Below, in pieces: positions 29,248 through 39,700 of a stretch of DNA of 64,000 nt. The notes under the pieces are model-generated. The model ran no database searches, had not been told where the DNA came from, and worked only from the letters and a program-made list of their open reading frames with translations. The first letter of the stretch is position 1; each line of letters begins with the position of its first letter. The stretch spans positions 32,001-96,000 of the IMG/VR virus record IMGVR_UViG_3300030099_006944; one strand, given 5' to 3'. The DNA is from a virus. The translations under genes were made by a program, and so were the position numbers.

Positions 29248-32200
29248 GTATAAAGGATCTATTCAGTAATTATCACAACAAACAGCATACTAAACCAGAG
29301 ACAGTAGCCTCATCATCTGTGCTGTTGGAATCTCCGGAATATATTGCCGCGAAACAAGAAGAGTTTGATCGGTTTATACCGGATATTGACTTCTCCTCTG
29401 CTAGTAATTTTGCAAAATTCGGCTCTGCTGAATTATATTATGATACTGCTTTTAAGAGGATTTATCAAGAATACCCTTATGATGGTACACTAGCTGAAAA
29501 GCAGGAATTTGAAAATCAATCAAGTTATCTAGATCGTTACGTATTTGATAATCTCTACCCTAGGACCAACGGCTATGTTGTGTTTTCTAACCAAGGAACC
29601 GCAAAAGCTGATGCCAATCCTGCCGGAGGAAACTATACAAATCCAACTGTAAAAGAGTATATCTTGATTCATGGTGGTCCTCACACGGCTTCTGCTGGTA
29701 TGATCGGGTCGACCCTTCACTCTAAGTTTGAAGATTCAGGTATATATGATGTATCTAGTCGACGTGGGTCTAGTTTAGAAGTGACAATGGCTTCCGGAAG
29801 CACCATAGAATTTTGGATGAAGAAGCCTACCGCTATGGATATCCAAAGGGAAGATATTTTTGACCTTCATAACGGCGAGGCCTCAGGAAGTGCATATGGA
29901 AGAATGAAATTGTATGTAACAAGTTCAGATCAATCTTTATATATGACTTTGATTTCCGGTTCAGATGGATTCCAAGATGTAAGATTAATGACTGGAATGT
30001 TTGACGGAAACTGGAATCATCATGCGGTCACATTGATTACCTCCTCTGTCGGTACACAAGTAAAAGTATATAAAAATAATAAGCTTATAAATTCTTTTGT
30101 CTCCGGAGGAGTATCTGATATAGCACCAGTCAATAAAGGATTGATAGCCACCATCGGTGCAGCCTCACGTGATGATCATGTCGGCCATGGAGACATCGGC
30201 TTTAATAAACTATCAGCATCATTAGATGAGTTTAGGTTCTGGAAGACCGAACGATCTCACAAAGAAATTGACAATTGCTGGTTCAGGCCAATAGGCGGCG
30301 GCTCGAACGAGCATGATTCAAATGTTGATTTGGGAGTATACTATAAATTTAACGAAGGAACAACGTCCAACTCAGTTTACGACGCTACTGTGCTGGACTA
30401 TTCTGGCCGTATGGCTGATGGAATGTGGGTTGGATATGCCTCTGGTGCACGTAGTAGTGGCTCCGCCATGGTCGAATCAGGAGTCACAGTTAGAGAATTC
30501 CAAGATCCAATAATATATTCTTCACACCCAGAAGTGTCTTCTTCCATTGCTCGATATAAAACTTCCGGAAGTTTATCGGATATTGAGAATCCATCTATGT
30601 TTTATCGTCTTTTTCCTTCTTGGATGCAAGAAGAGGACACAGAGCAATCCGGACAATTAAAGACTTTGTCTCATATGATTGGTAGCTACTTTGACACGAT
30701 ATGGCACCAAACTAATGAAATAAATAAAATAAAGCACCATCGATACCTTAGTGGATCCAACAAGGCGTATCCCTTTGCTAGTAATATTCTTTATTCACGT
30801 GGTTTTGTTTTTCCGGAACTTTTTTCTAGTGCAAAAAATGTAGAACTCTTTTTAAACAGAGACAACAATGAAATATATGAAAAGAACATTGAGGAAGTAA
30901 AGAATTCCTTGTATCACAATATAAACCTAGGTCTTGTCTCTATGTACAAGTCCAAAGGGACAATGAAATCGTTCAGAAACTTTTTCAGATCGTTGGGGTT
31001 AAATAAAGAAATTGTTACCCTAAACATGTATGCCGATGAATCTACGCACATATTAAAGGACAATTATTATAACGACACGGTTACAAAGAAATATTTAAAT
31101 TTCTATTCTGAGAATAACATGTCCGCGACAGTATATGGGATGTCTAGTTCCACTAACAGCAATACTTATGTCGCTGCTCCCCAAAACTATTCTTCTATAA
31201 CATTGGAGACGAATCTTTTATTGCCAAAGAAGCGACACCCAAGTGATATCAATTTTTTGGAAACAAACTTTTTAACTTCATCAATAGCCGGGTTTCATAC
31301 CGCTGATACAAATTTAATCTCTTTTCCGGAAACGGATTACGAGATGGGTATATACATATACAAAGAAAAACAAGACAGTTTGTTATTTGAAAAGGAAAAG
31401 CCAAGAATAAAATTTGCTTTGAGTTCTTCCGCCTTGCCTTTTGTATTAACCAGTTCTTATATCGGGGCTCAGTATGACAACAACAAATGGAATCTGGCAG
31501 TCAAAGTAAAACACGACAGTTACCCTTATGGTAATTTTGTTACCGGAGCCACAGGTACCGGTTACACTGTGGAATTTTACGGTGTTGAAGCAGAGGGAAG
31601 AACAAAGCGCAATTCCTTTTCTCTGACTGGATCTGTCACCGGCCATAACTTAGTAGCCTCTGCGAAAAGGTTTTACGTTGGGGCACATCGACAAAACTTC
31701 ACAGGCTCTGTGTTGTGTCAAACAGATATCAAGATAGGGTCTTTACTACACTGGAACAGTTATATTCCAGATCATGTTATCGATGAACACTGCTATGATC
31801 AAGAAAATTATGGATTGAATGATAGCTACACCACAGATGTGATAAGCAACACTGGCATAAAAATACCAAGATCTGATACGTTGGCTTTGCATTGGTCTTT
31901 TGATACCATAACCGGCTCGAACGCAGCAGGTAATATGAGGGTCTATGACTACTCTTCCGGAAGTTCTGATGCAAAGTATGGAGATGTATCTAATGTAATA
32001 TCTAGAATGCATGAGGGCTACGGCGCTTTCTTTGCGAATTCGGACACAAATTGTGTGGATAAGAATTATATATATGTAGCTAAAAAGAGAAACATAGACA
32101 ATCTGTATACAGACGACAAAGTTTCAATTGAAACCGACTACACTGAGCATTTCTTCACAGACAACGATGTTAATGATGTGGTCTACTCCTTTGAGAAAAG

Positions 32201-35200
32201 TTTGTACGGCGTGATATCTTCCGAGATGATGAACATGTTTTCGACAGCGGCTGACTTTAATAATTTAATCGGTCGACCGAATCAAAAATATCACACTGAT
32301 TACAACAAGATGGCTGTGCTAAAAAATATGTTCTTCGATAAAGTAGAAAACGATCCGGACATAGAAAGATATTTATCATTCTATAAGTGGATTGACGACT
32401 CTATATCAGAAGCCATAAGGCAGCTAATTCCAGCCGGTGTTAAATTTAACGACAAGATTTATGACGTTATCGAGAGTCATGCGCTAGAAAGAAACAAATA
32501 TTTAAACCAAACAAATCTATTAGTTGAGCGCGCCTTTACAAAAGAAAATTTTGCTGGTCCTATGCGTGGTGTGAAAGAGTTGCTGTATAGTTGGCAAGAT
32601 GGTTCAGCACCTACGGGAAGTTTAGATCGGGAAGATCGAAATTGTCTGTGGCTAAGAGATCGCCAAGTAAAAAATGAGACAACCAGACCAACATCTACTT
32701 CTGCCGTAAGAGAAGCCATAAGAACGATCAAGACTAATCATTCCTTGGCGTCATCTGGTTTGTTGCGCACTGACACCGATGGGTCTACATATATCGGCTC
32801 AACCTATGCCATCAGGAAATTAGCAAAACCTTACAATTTCACGGCTGTACAAAAACAGATCATGCATGGTGGTATAAATTTTAGAACAAACAAGAACAAA
32901 TTTCTTCTTTTGGAAGCATTAGCTCCCCATGGGGAAGAACTATCCGTGCCTCAAAATATCGTAACGATTGGTGTTGGTACCGGTACCGGATTAGAGATAC
33001 CACAAGATTGCGATGATCCAAACCGATCGGTGATGTCATTCCTCAAAGGTCGAGCATCAAACCAAAAGACTTTTTGGAATTCACAAGCTATTCTTGGTAA
33101 ATTTGCCGGAGACGAATATCGCGAAAAATTAAAGGGCGACCGAATTGTACCTTATAACTTTGTCGAGGATATAGTGCACACCGGTTACAATAAAGAAATA
33201 AAAAGCTTTTTCGGACCAGACGTTGTGGTTACAAATATCCACCCAGATGTAACTTATCTTTCGAATGATATCCCAATGCAAGGTCCATTCACAGAAGCGC
33301 ACGTTGGTGGCCACCAGTCTAGACATGTCGACATCAATTCGTACTCTGCTGATAAAAGCCTCACTGTAAGGTACCATGTTGGGGCTTCACAAGCAACAGG
33401 GTCGATTCGATTTTTGCAAAACGTCATAGCTCCCGGGACATCAGTGACAATACAGGACTCAGATCAAAGCAAAATTGTAGCTACATATAGCAAGTTTTAT
33501 GATCTTAAAGACGGAAACTGGACCTCGGCTGAGGAACTCACGAACATCATAAGTCACCACTTGGATGTCGGTGTCAATGTATATTCAAAGTCTCCGGTTA
33601 TTTTAGGCTTGACGCAGTCTGCTTGGGGTACGGATGGGAATCGAACAATAGTCGCCTCCGCTACAACAATAACAGCCAGCGGCTTTGGTGGCGGAGCTAA
33701 CGCTAGTTCGACAAACACTAGAACCGTAAACTTAGATAGCACAGCGAATAGACCAGAGGCTTGGGCTATCGTCGCCAAAACACACGCAACAGTTAACGAT
33801 ACAGATGGGGCATTAGGTTTCGTCGGACCAGATTATGGAGGTTCTTATCCAAATCAAGTTAAACCTTGGGCTATACGTTTTAGGGACGAGCATGCTAAAC
33901 GACCAGTGAACATAAGAAACATTCAGTTCAATTCAAAAATACAGAAAGTAGGAAATTATCGAAAAGGTTATGAACTTTTCACACTAAACAAGTCCGATCA
34001 GAGACGTTGGTATCGCGATGCCTATGATGCAGGTTTAGATCTACCTGAATTTACTAAGAATTTATTGCCTAATACAACAAACTACATGTCCTTGTTTGGT
34101 CAAGAATTTTTTACCGATTCTACGAAAGGAAAGGGGAACGTCTTTGGGTCTCACCCAAACAATAGGCAACCTGACGGCACTTTGTTGGTTAGCAAGGTTG
34201 ATTCAAAGGGTGAATTTGTTGCAACCGGTTCTTTTTTCGCCGGTAGAGCCGCTAGTGGTAGTTTTGCAGTAACAGGAGCATTCTACCAAATTCATGCAAC
34301 AGGAAGCTTCAAGGTGCTTGGCGCAGGATATCATGCTCCGGCAGATTACTTGACAATAACCACAGCAACTTTGGGGGGAGAGACAAATAAATATGGTGTT
34401 TCTGGCTCACATGATCCCGGGATTGTTAACAGACCTGTTAACAAAGGGGCTTCTGATACGGACTTCTACAATAATTTGTCTTCCTCTATCCACACCCACT
34501 CTGGATTAGCTTCAATATATACATCGAACGCTGCTGTGTATTCGCAGAGTTTGAAAGTCAGTAAAAGAAACACTTCTTTTATGTCCGCTTCGATAACTAG
34601 CCGTCAAATATGGATTGGTGCTTGGACTCTTTCTTTTTGGGTGAACTTAGATGCTGGTACCGGAGGGAGGAGATCTATTTATCTAGAAGGGTCTGACGTC
34701 GGTGTGAACAAAGCCAGAGAAGTGTATATCGATTCGGCTGGGAGACTTAGACTTTTTGTACATTATAGAAAATTCTCTGAGGGCGTGTACACAAACGCTT
34801 ATGATCAATATTATATTGAAGATTTTGATGATTATGCCGGCAAGGAAGCGCACGTTGTGTGGACTCATTCCGGATCTGTTAATTCTACTACCGAGGGTTC
34901 TCTGTATATAGATGGAGTGAAGCAGACCTTGATTACTAATGCCGGAGGTACAGGAGCTTCAAATGTAATAAATCAGCCCACGGAACTCATCATGTTTAAT
35001 GAGGCCACTTCGGCTACTACAACCACTTTGTCAAACGGTGGCAATTCTTACATTGATGAAATAGTCATACTCAACACCACTGCATCACAAGCAGCAGTAA
35101 ATCTACTTTTTAACGACGCTCAGTGGCTCAATCTAAATAAGACAGTATCAGATGGCTGTATAATACCTTCAAGTAGTATCACGCAGTATTACAGTTTTGA

Positions 35201-36794
35201 GACAGATGCGAATGTCAATGATGAAGGAACAGTGGATTGTCTTGGCTCTGCTGCATTGGATCTTACAATTAACAATGTTGCAACCAATTTCTCTTTGGCA
35301 TCTGGTAGTGCCGGTGCTGTTTTGTCGGAGCTTCCATATGCCGCGTTCACTCTCCTTGGACCCACTGGATCAGGAGCTAAAAGTAACGGTAATGTTGACG
35401 CTAGCGGGTCTGCATTTTATGCAGCATCTGATATGGCGAACGGAGCCGACAATGGAGCTGTCGACAACGACAGTTTGACAATAGCCGGCACATACGTTTT
35501 TCATATTGACAAGGACGGAACATCAGATTCCGGAAATAACTTTTATATTCAGAATACTGGATCCAGTGAACAGATGTGGCACATTTTAGAGACTAAAATA
35601 GAAGCCTTGGCCGGTGGAGCTTATACGGTTAATCGATCTAGCACCGGTGCACAAATTGCAACTTTTCATATCACCGCTAGCGCAGTTGGAGCCGGGTTGA
35701 ATTCAACGCTGGCAGAATCCGGAACCTCATACAGTTCTTTAAACAACATTGTTGGGGGTCAAGGATCCGGAGGGGCGGTTGATGGTCACAAAGTTATTTT
35801 TACATCAGGATCCGGAGCGGCAGTAAACTTTATTTTTGATGACGATAACACCTCGGATTCTTCCCCAAATTTCTATATTCAGAACACAGGCTCAAACGCT
35901 CAGATATGGCACATGCTAGAAACCAAAATCTTAGCAAACACAGGCATAACCAGTATCTCTCGCGACACTTCGGCCTATCCAAATGCTGCTGTATTTAGAT
36001 TAACATCTAGTACTCTCGACAGTTACACTTTGACGTACAATAACGGAGGAGTTGGTGGAGCAGCCAGTTTTCATACTTTCACCAACGTCGGCGGCGGCAT
36101 TCATGAAAAACGAGCACGAGACCTTGTAATCACTGTTCCTAGGACGGATTTAACAGCCTCAACGTTTGAGATTAACACTCGTTTCTCGGCTCCCGGAGGA
36201 CCAGAAGTACAAACAGATGGATACTTAGACGTAGCAGGTAAGTCATTCTCAGTGCACAATGCATTGCCATACCGAAACCTTACTGTTAGAGGCTCAGGAA
36301 GCGGTGAAAAAGGCACTATAAGAATGTATGACCATATTGGTCGCCGTAGAGGTTTGAAAAGCCTTCTAGCTATACCTATGGGACGATTTGGGACGGATTC
36401 ACAATTCCCTGATATGAATTCTGATAAATATTCAACATCAGGATCATTTCACAAGTATCACAGAAACACTTCATATCGATATGAATATTCTGGTGACAGC
36501 ATAATTACTGGTAGTAGGAATGATAATGCATATATTGGATCAACTTTACCAAGAAGCGACTTTCAGTATAGCTGGATTAGGAACTCAGTTTCAGGATCAG
36601 ACTGGAAGAGATTACAAAATATCAATGGCTATGCGCCTCGTTCTGGTCTTGTCTCGGCATCACTTAAAGCATGGAAGGTCAACGATGACTTACCAGATGC
36701 CTCAAATAGCTATGTCGGCACACCGATCAGCCCACCAACGGCTTGGATCCCTGCCATCAATTTCCCATCAGCATCAACGATTTACGGAGGTTAA
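29244..36794 (+). CDS. Large baseplate/tail protein (2516 aa) with LamG/concanavalin-A-like domains
   Basis: SNFAKFGSAELYY N-terminus; LamG motifs TIEFW..WNHHAVT..LDEFRFW..YYKFNEG and WTLSFWV..HVVWT..LYIDG..IDEIVILN; YKSKGT (gp7-like wedge); internal repeats. Confidence 0.75.
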   Translation: MSIKDLFSNYHNKQHTKPETVASSSVLLESPEYIAAKQEEFDRFIPDIDFSSASNFAKFGSAELYYDTAFKRIYQEYPYDGTLAEKQEFENQSSYLDRYVFDNLYPRTNGYVVFSNQGTAKADANPAGGNYTNPTVKEYILIHGGPHTASAGMIGSTLHSKFEDSGIYDVSSRRGSSLEVTMASGSTIEFWMKKPTAMDIQREDIFDLHNGEASGSAYGRMKLYVTSSDQSLYMTLISGSDGFQDVRLMTGMFDGNWNHHAVTLITSSVGTQVKVYKNNKLINSFVSGGVSDIAPVNKGLIATIGAASRDDHVGHGDIGFNKLSASLDEFRFWKTERSHKEIDNCWFRPIGGGSNEHDSNVDLGVYYKFNEGTTSNSVYDATVLDYSGRMADGMWVGYASGARSSGSAMVESGVTVREFQDPIIYSSHPEVSSSIARYKTSGSLSDIENPSMFYRLFPSWMQEEDTEQSGQLKTLSHMIGSYFDTIWHQTNEINKIKHHRYLSGSNKAYPFASNILYSRGFVFPELFSSAKNVELFLNRDNNEIYEKNIEEVKNSLYHNINLGLVSMYKSKGTMKSFRNFFRSLGLNKEIVTLNMYADESTHILKDNYYNDTVTKKYLNFYSENNMSATVYGMSSSTNSNTYVAAPQNYSSITLETNLLLPKKRHPSDINFLETNFLTSSIAGFHTADTNLISFPETDYEMGIYIYKEKQDSLLFEKEKPRIKFALSSSALPFVLTSSYIGAQYDNNKWNLAVKVKHDSYPYGNFVTGATGTGYTVEFYGVEAEGRTKRNSFSLTGSVTGHNLVASAKRFYVGAHRQNFTGSVLCQTDIKIGSLLHWNSYIPDHVIDEHCYDQENYGLNDSYTTDVISNTGIKIPRSDTLALHWSFDTITGSNAAGNMRVYDYSSGSSDAKYGDVSNVISRMHEGYGAFFANSDTNCVDKNYIYVAKKRNIDNLYTDDKVSIETDYTEHFFTDNDVNDVVYSFEKSLYGVISSEMMNMFSTAADFNNLIGRPNQKYHTDYNKMAVLKNMFFDKVENDPDIERYLSFYKWIDDSISEAIRQLIPAGVKFNDKIYDVIESHALERNKYLNQTNLLVERAFTKENFAGPMRGVKELLYSWQDGSAPTGSLDREDRNCLWLRDRQVKNETTRPTSTSAVREAIRTIKTNHSLASSGLLRTDTDGSTYIGSTYAIRKLAKPYNFTAVQKQIMHGGINFRTNKNKFLLLEALAPHGEELSVPQNIVTIGVGTGTGLEIPQDCDDPNRSVMSFLKGRASNQKTFWNSQAILGKFAGDEYREKLKGDRIVPYNFVEDIVHTGYNKEIKSFFGPDVVVTNIHPDVTYLSNDIPMQGPFTEAHVGGHQSRHVDINSYSADKSLTVRYHVGASQATGSIRFLQNVIAPGTSVTIQDSDQSKIVATYSKFYDLKDGNWTSAEELTNIISHHLDVGVNVYSKSPVILGLTQSAWGTDGNRTIVASATTITASGFGGGANASSTNTRTVNLDSTANRPEAWAIVAKTHATVNDTDGALGFVGPDYGGSYPNQVKPWAIRFRDEHAKRPVNIRNIQFNSKIQKVGNYRKGYELFTLNKSDQRRWYRDAYDAGLDLPEFTKNLLPNTTNYMSLFGQEFFTDSTKGKGNVFGSHPNNRQPDGTLLVSKVDSKGEFVATGSFFAGRAASGSFAVTGAFYQIHATGSFKVLGAGYHAPADYLTITTATLGGETNKYGVSGSHDPGIVNRPVNKGASDTDFYNNLSSSIHTHSGLASIYTSNAAVYSQSLKVSKRNTSFMSASITSRQIWIGAWTLSFWVNLDAGTGGRRSIYLEGSDVGVNKAREVYIDSAGRLRLFVHYRKFSEGVYTNAYDQYYIEDFDDYAGKEAHVVWTHSGSVNSTTEGSLYIDGVKQTLITNAGGTGASNVINQPTELIMFNEATSATTTTLSNGGNSYIDEIVILNTTASQAAVNLLFNDAQWLNLNKTVSDGCIIPSSSITQYYSFETDANVNDEGTVDCLGSAALDLTINNVATNFSLASGSAGAVLSELPYAAFTLLGPTGSGAKSNGNVDASGSAFYAASDMANGADNGAVDNDSLTIAGTYVFHIDKDGTSDSGNNFYIQNTGSSEQMWHILETKIEALAGGAYTVNRSSTGAQIATFHITASAVGAGLNSTLAESGTSYSSLNNIVGGQGSGGAVDGHKVIFTSGSGAAVNFIFDDDNTSDSSPNFYIQNTGSNAQIWHMLETKILANTGITSISRDTSAYPNAAVFRLTSSTLDSYTLTYNNGGVGGAASFHTFTNVGGGIHEKRARDLVITVPRTDLTASTFEINTRFSAPGGPEVQTDGYLDVAGKSFSVHNALPYRNLTVRGSGSGEKGTIRMYDHIGRRRGLKSLLAIPMGRFGTDSQFPDMNSDKYSTSGSFHKYHRNTSYRYEYSGDSIITGSRNDNAYIGSTLPRSDFQYSWIRNSVSGSDWKRLQNINGYAPRSGLVSASLKAWKVNDDLPDASNSYVGTPISPPTAWIPAINFPSASTIYGG
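35541..35930 (+). repeat. Intragenic tandem domain repeat (330-nt / 110-aa period)
   Basis: FYIQNTGSSEQMWHILETKI (35541-35600) vs FYIQNTGSNAQIWHMLETKI (35871-35930). Confidence 0.85.
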
Positions 36795-36796
36795 AG

Positions 36797-39700
36797 ATGC
36801 CATTATTTGTTGACTTCATAGGTTTAAACAATTTAGTTAGTAGTAGTGTCGATACGACTACCAACACTATTGAGACTGGTATCAATACTAGTATTAAAAC
36901 AATTGCAACTGCTGATCTCCAAGCAGCTATAAACACACACAGGAACGGGCCATACGGATGGCCATCATGGAAACAAATTAGAATAGGCGAGAACCCTGTA
37001 TCTAGATATCACAGAGCAAATAGTGATTTAACTTATTTTAAGGAGCCCGGAGAATTGTATACTCTTGGGTTTGCTACACAACAAGGGGGAGTTCAAATTA
37101 CTTCTCCAAATTACGGAACAGCTAGAAGATCAGCACTCAGATCCAAGGAAGAACCAGCGGTTTGTCAAATGTCGTACCCGCTAGAACTTAACATGTCCTA
37201 TCGTCCAGTACTGATGAATGGTGCTCGGGGGCAATTAGTATTTGGCACAGAGAAAGTTTCAGTGGGACTGGAACAGCAGTTTTTTGCAAATAAATCAACT
37301 AATGATGATCACAACATAATAAAACCTAATATTCGAGCACCTGGTACACCATATTCTGTCATGACTAGTAAGTATTTGGGTGGTGTATGGGAAAACGGAA
37401 CTAGCCCGTATGATTCTTGGGAATCTTTAACCTATAAAGAAACTATTTTTCCAAAACCTAGAAACATGTTTAGAAAAGAAGTACGAACTCGACAAACTCT
37501 TCCGTCATTTTTTAGACACAACCGATTAGACAGAAACCAAACTTTCTTGACGAACTCTTATGGGTTTCACGTTTTTGATGGTCAATATGATTTGAGAGGT
37601 GTTTATGTATCCGGATCGCACACTCGTGCTTTGACTCAGAGCACTTGGCCACTAGATGTGGAAGATCATTTTTACTATCCTCGTTTCAATGAAATAACCA
37701 AGGGGGCCGATACACAATTTTATGGGGGACTCAGGCCTTTAAATAGGATGGCCGGCAATGGCGGCGGTGCACAACATGTTGTGCTAGCGAAGGCACAGGG
37801 TTTCGGTGGAATTGAGGGTATATCAGACACTAATTATTTTGCCGGTGCATCTGGATCGAAAGGTGGAGCAGGCATATTAATGAATAATTATAGCCAGTTA
37901 TTGGTTAATAATCCTGTTGTTGAATTGTCTATTGGTGATCTTTCTCTGTCAAAAGCGGCTCTTCGATTTATGGATAAGTTTATATCTCCCGCACCGTATT
38001 ATTCTAGAAGGCAAACAAACCGTTTTACTTCTTCTGTTGGGAATCCAACGGGAATGGCTATTCCGGAAACAGCCTCAATAAACCAGCACACTGATGCCAG
38101 CAGTATTAAATGGCAAGCTTTTGGTCTCGGTGGTGCACTCTGGCAAGCTGCTGAACAAGCAAACAAGAAGCCATTCTACGACAGTTACGAGAGCTTCTCA
38201 AAAAATATTAGATTAATTGGAAAAAACTATTCGGTTTTACCAGAATACAGAATAAGCAACCATCTAGATGATTTATTAGTAGGGACTCACTATCGCGATA
38301 TTCAAGACATCTTAGAGGTTACCGGTGGCCAATCAGGAAAATCCCTAAGTAGTCATGAAGGTTTTTACAACACCTATTCTCATTCAGAGTTTATGAAATT
38401 ATTTGAGGTCATAGAAGATGATCATGAAACATTTGGTGATTTCCCTGCTCCATATGTCGGCACTACTAAACAGATGTACCAGAGATTGACGCTTCGTTGC
38501 TCTGTAATTAAGAAATTTTTACCATACGAAGGTTTTTATCCTTGCCAAAGAACTGTACAAATGGCAGAACAATTTTATTCAGATTGCATTGATTTTACTT
38601 CAATTGAGATGGCGGGAGCCACAGCAGAGGATGTGATAGCCAGTCTTCTAGATCATAACCATAATTTTCAGTTTCAAAATTTGATGGCCACATTGTTTGC
38701 GCCCGGAACACTGTTTAATACAATTAAAGCAGGTGTCGCTTGTGATTACCCTATCCGATCGGATACTAATGACTGGGCTTCTAATCTTTTAGGCTACGGA
38801 GAGCCAATGGTCTCCCAACGTTCTTATCCGGCCGACTATCTAAATCCAGCCTCGCCACAGATTCCGGATTATTATTTGTCCGGTGAATTTGACAAAAGAA
38901 TACCTTTTGAAGCACTGGTAGAGCCGGCTAAATATTTAGCAGGATATGATATCATGCCTAGCGAACCACACCCAAGCGGTGCAATGTCTGCATCTGTTTT
39001 GTGGACAGGTCAAACTAAGACCAACAAGTATGTTATGATGATGAATAATTTTTTGGCGGAAGTACCAGAGTTTTTCTTACAAGATCAGAAATTTACAATG
39101 TTGACTAGTCGAACATCTGATGATCCTAGTTTTGGTAACGTTGTGAACGGAAGAATATACGGAATGCGGATAAAAATGTATCGATCGATGAATCAAGCTA
39201 GAAACATGGTCGAGGGTAAAGGAGAAGTGTTTTACAATACTCCACAAGATATTGTGGCAACCAGAACAGCTCAGGACCCAACAACTGGTGTGAACTTCCA
39301 GCAACCGCTTAGAGAAACCTTAACAATGTATTCTAGACCGACTGCTTTCGGTCCGCCTAGTATAGGCTTTAATGTTTTACAGACATCTGGAATGACAGGA
39401 AGTGTCGAGGTGAAACTTTGGGAAAATGAGTCATATGGTATTGCCCTAACAGGAGCAGCCACAACAGGTAAGCAGGCACCTGAATTTCATAAAGATTCTA
39501 GGAACGGTTATAATTTTCCATATACTCCACCTTATTATCATGGAGAGTCATGGATAGATGTGTATTACACTGCTAGTGCAACCGGCAAAAAGAGTGTGCA
39601 TGACATAATTAACAACTTGAATATAGAATACAATCGTTTTGACTATGGTCATTACAAGACTTATGGGTCCACTAGTGGAGAGTGGTATGGTAAATTCGCA

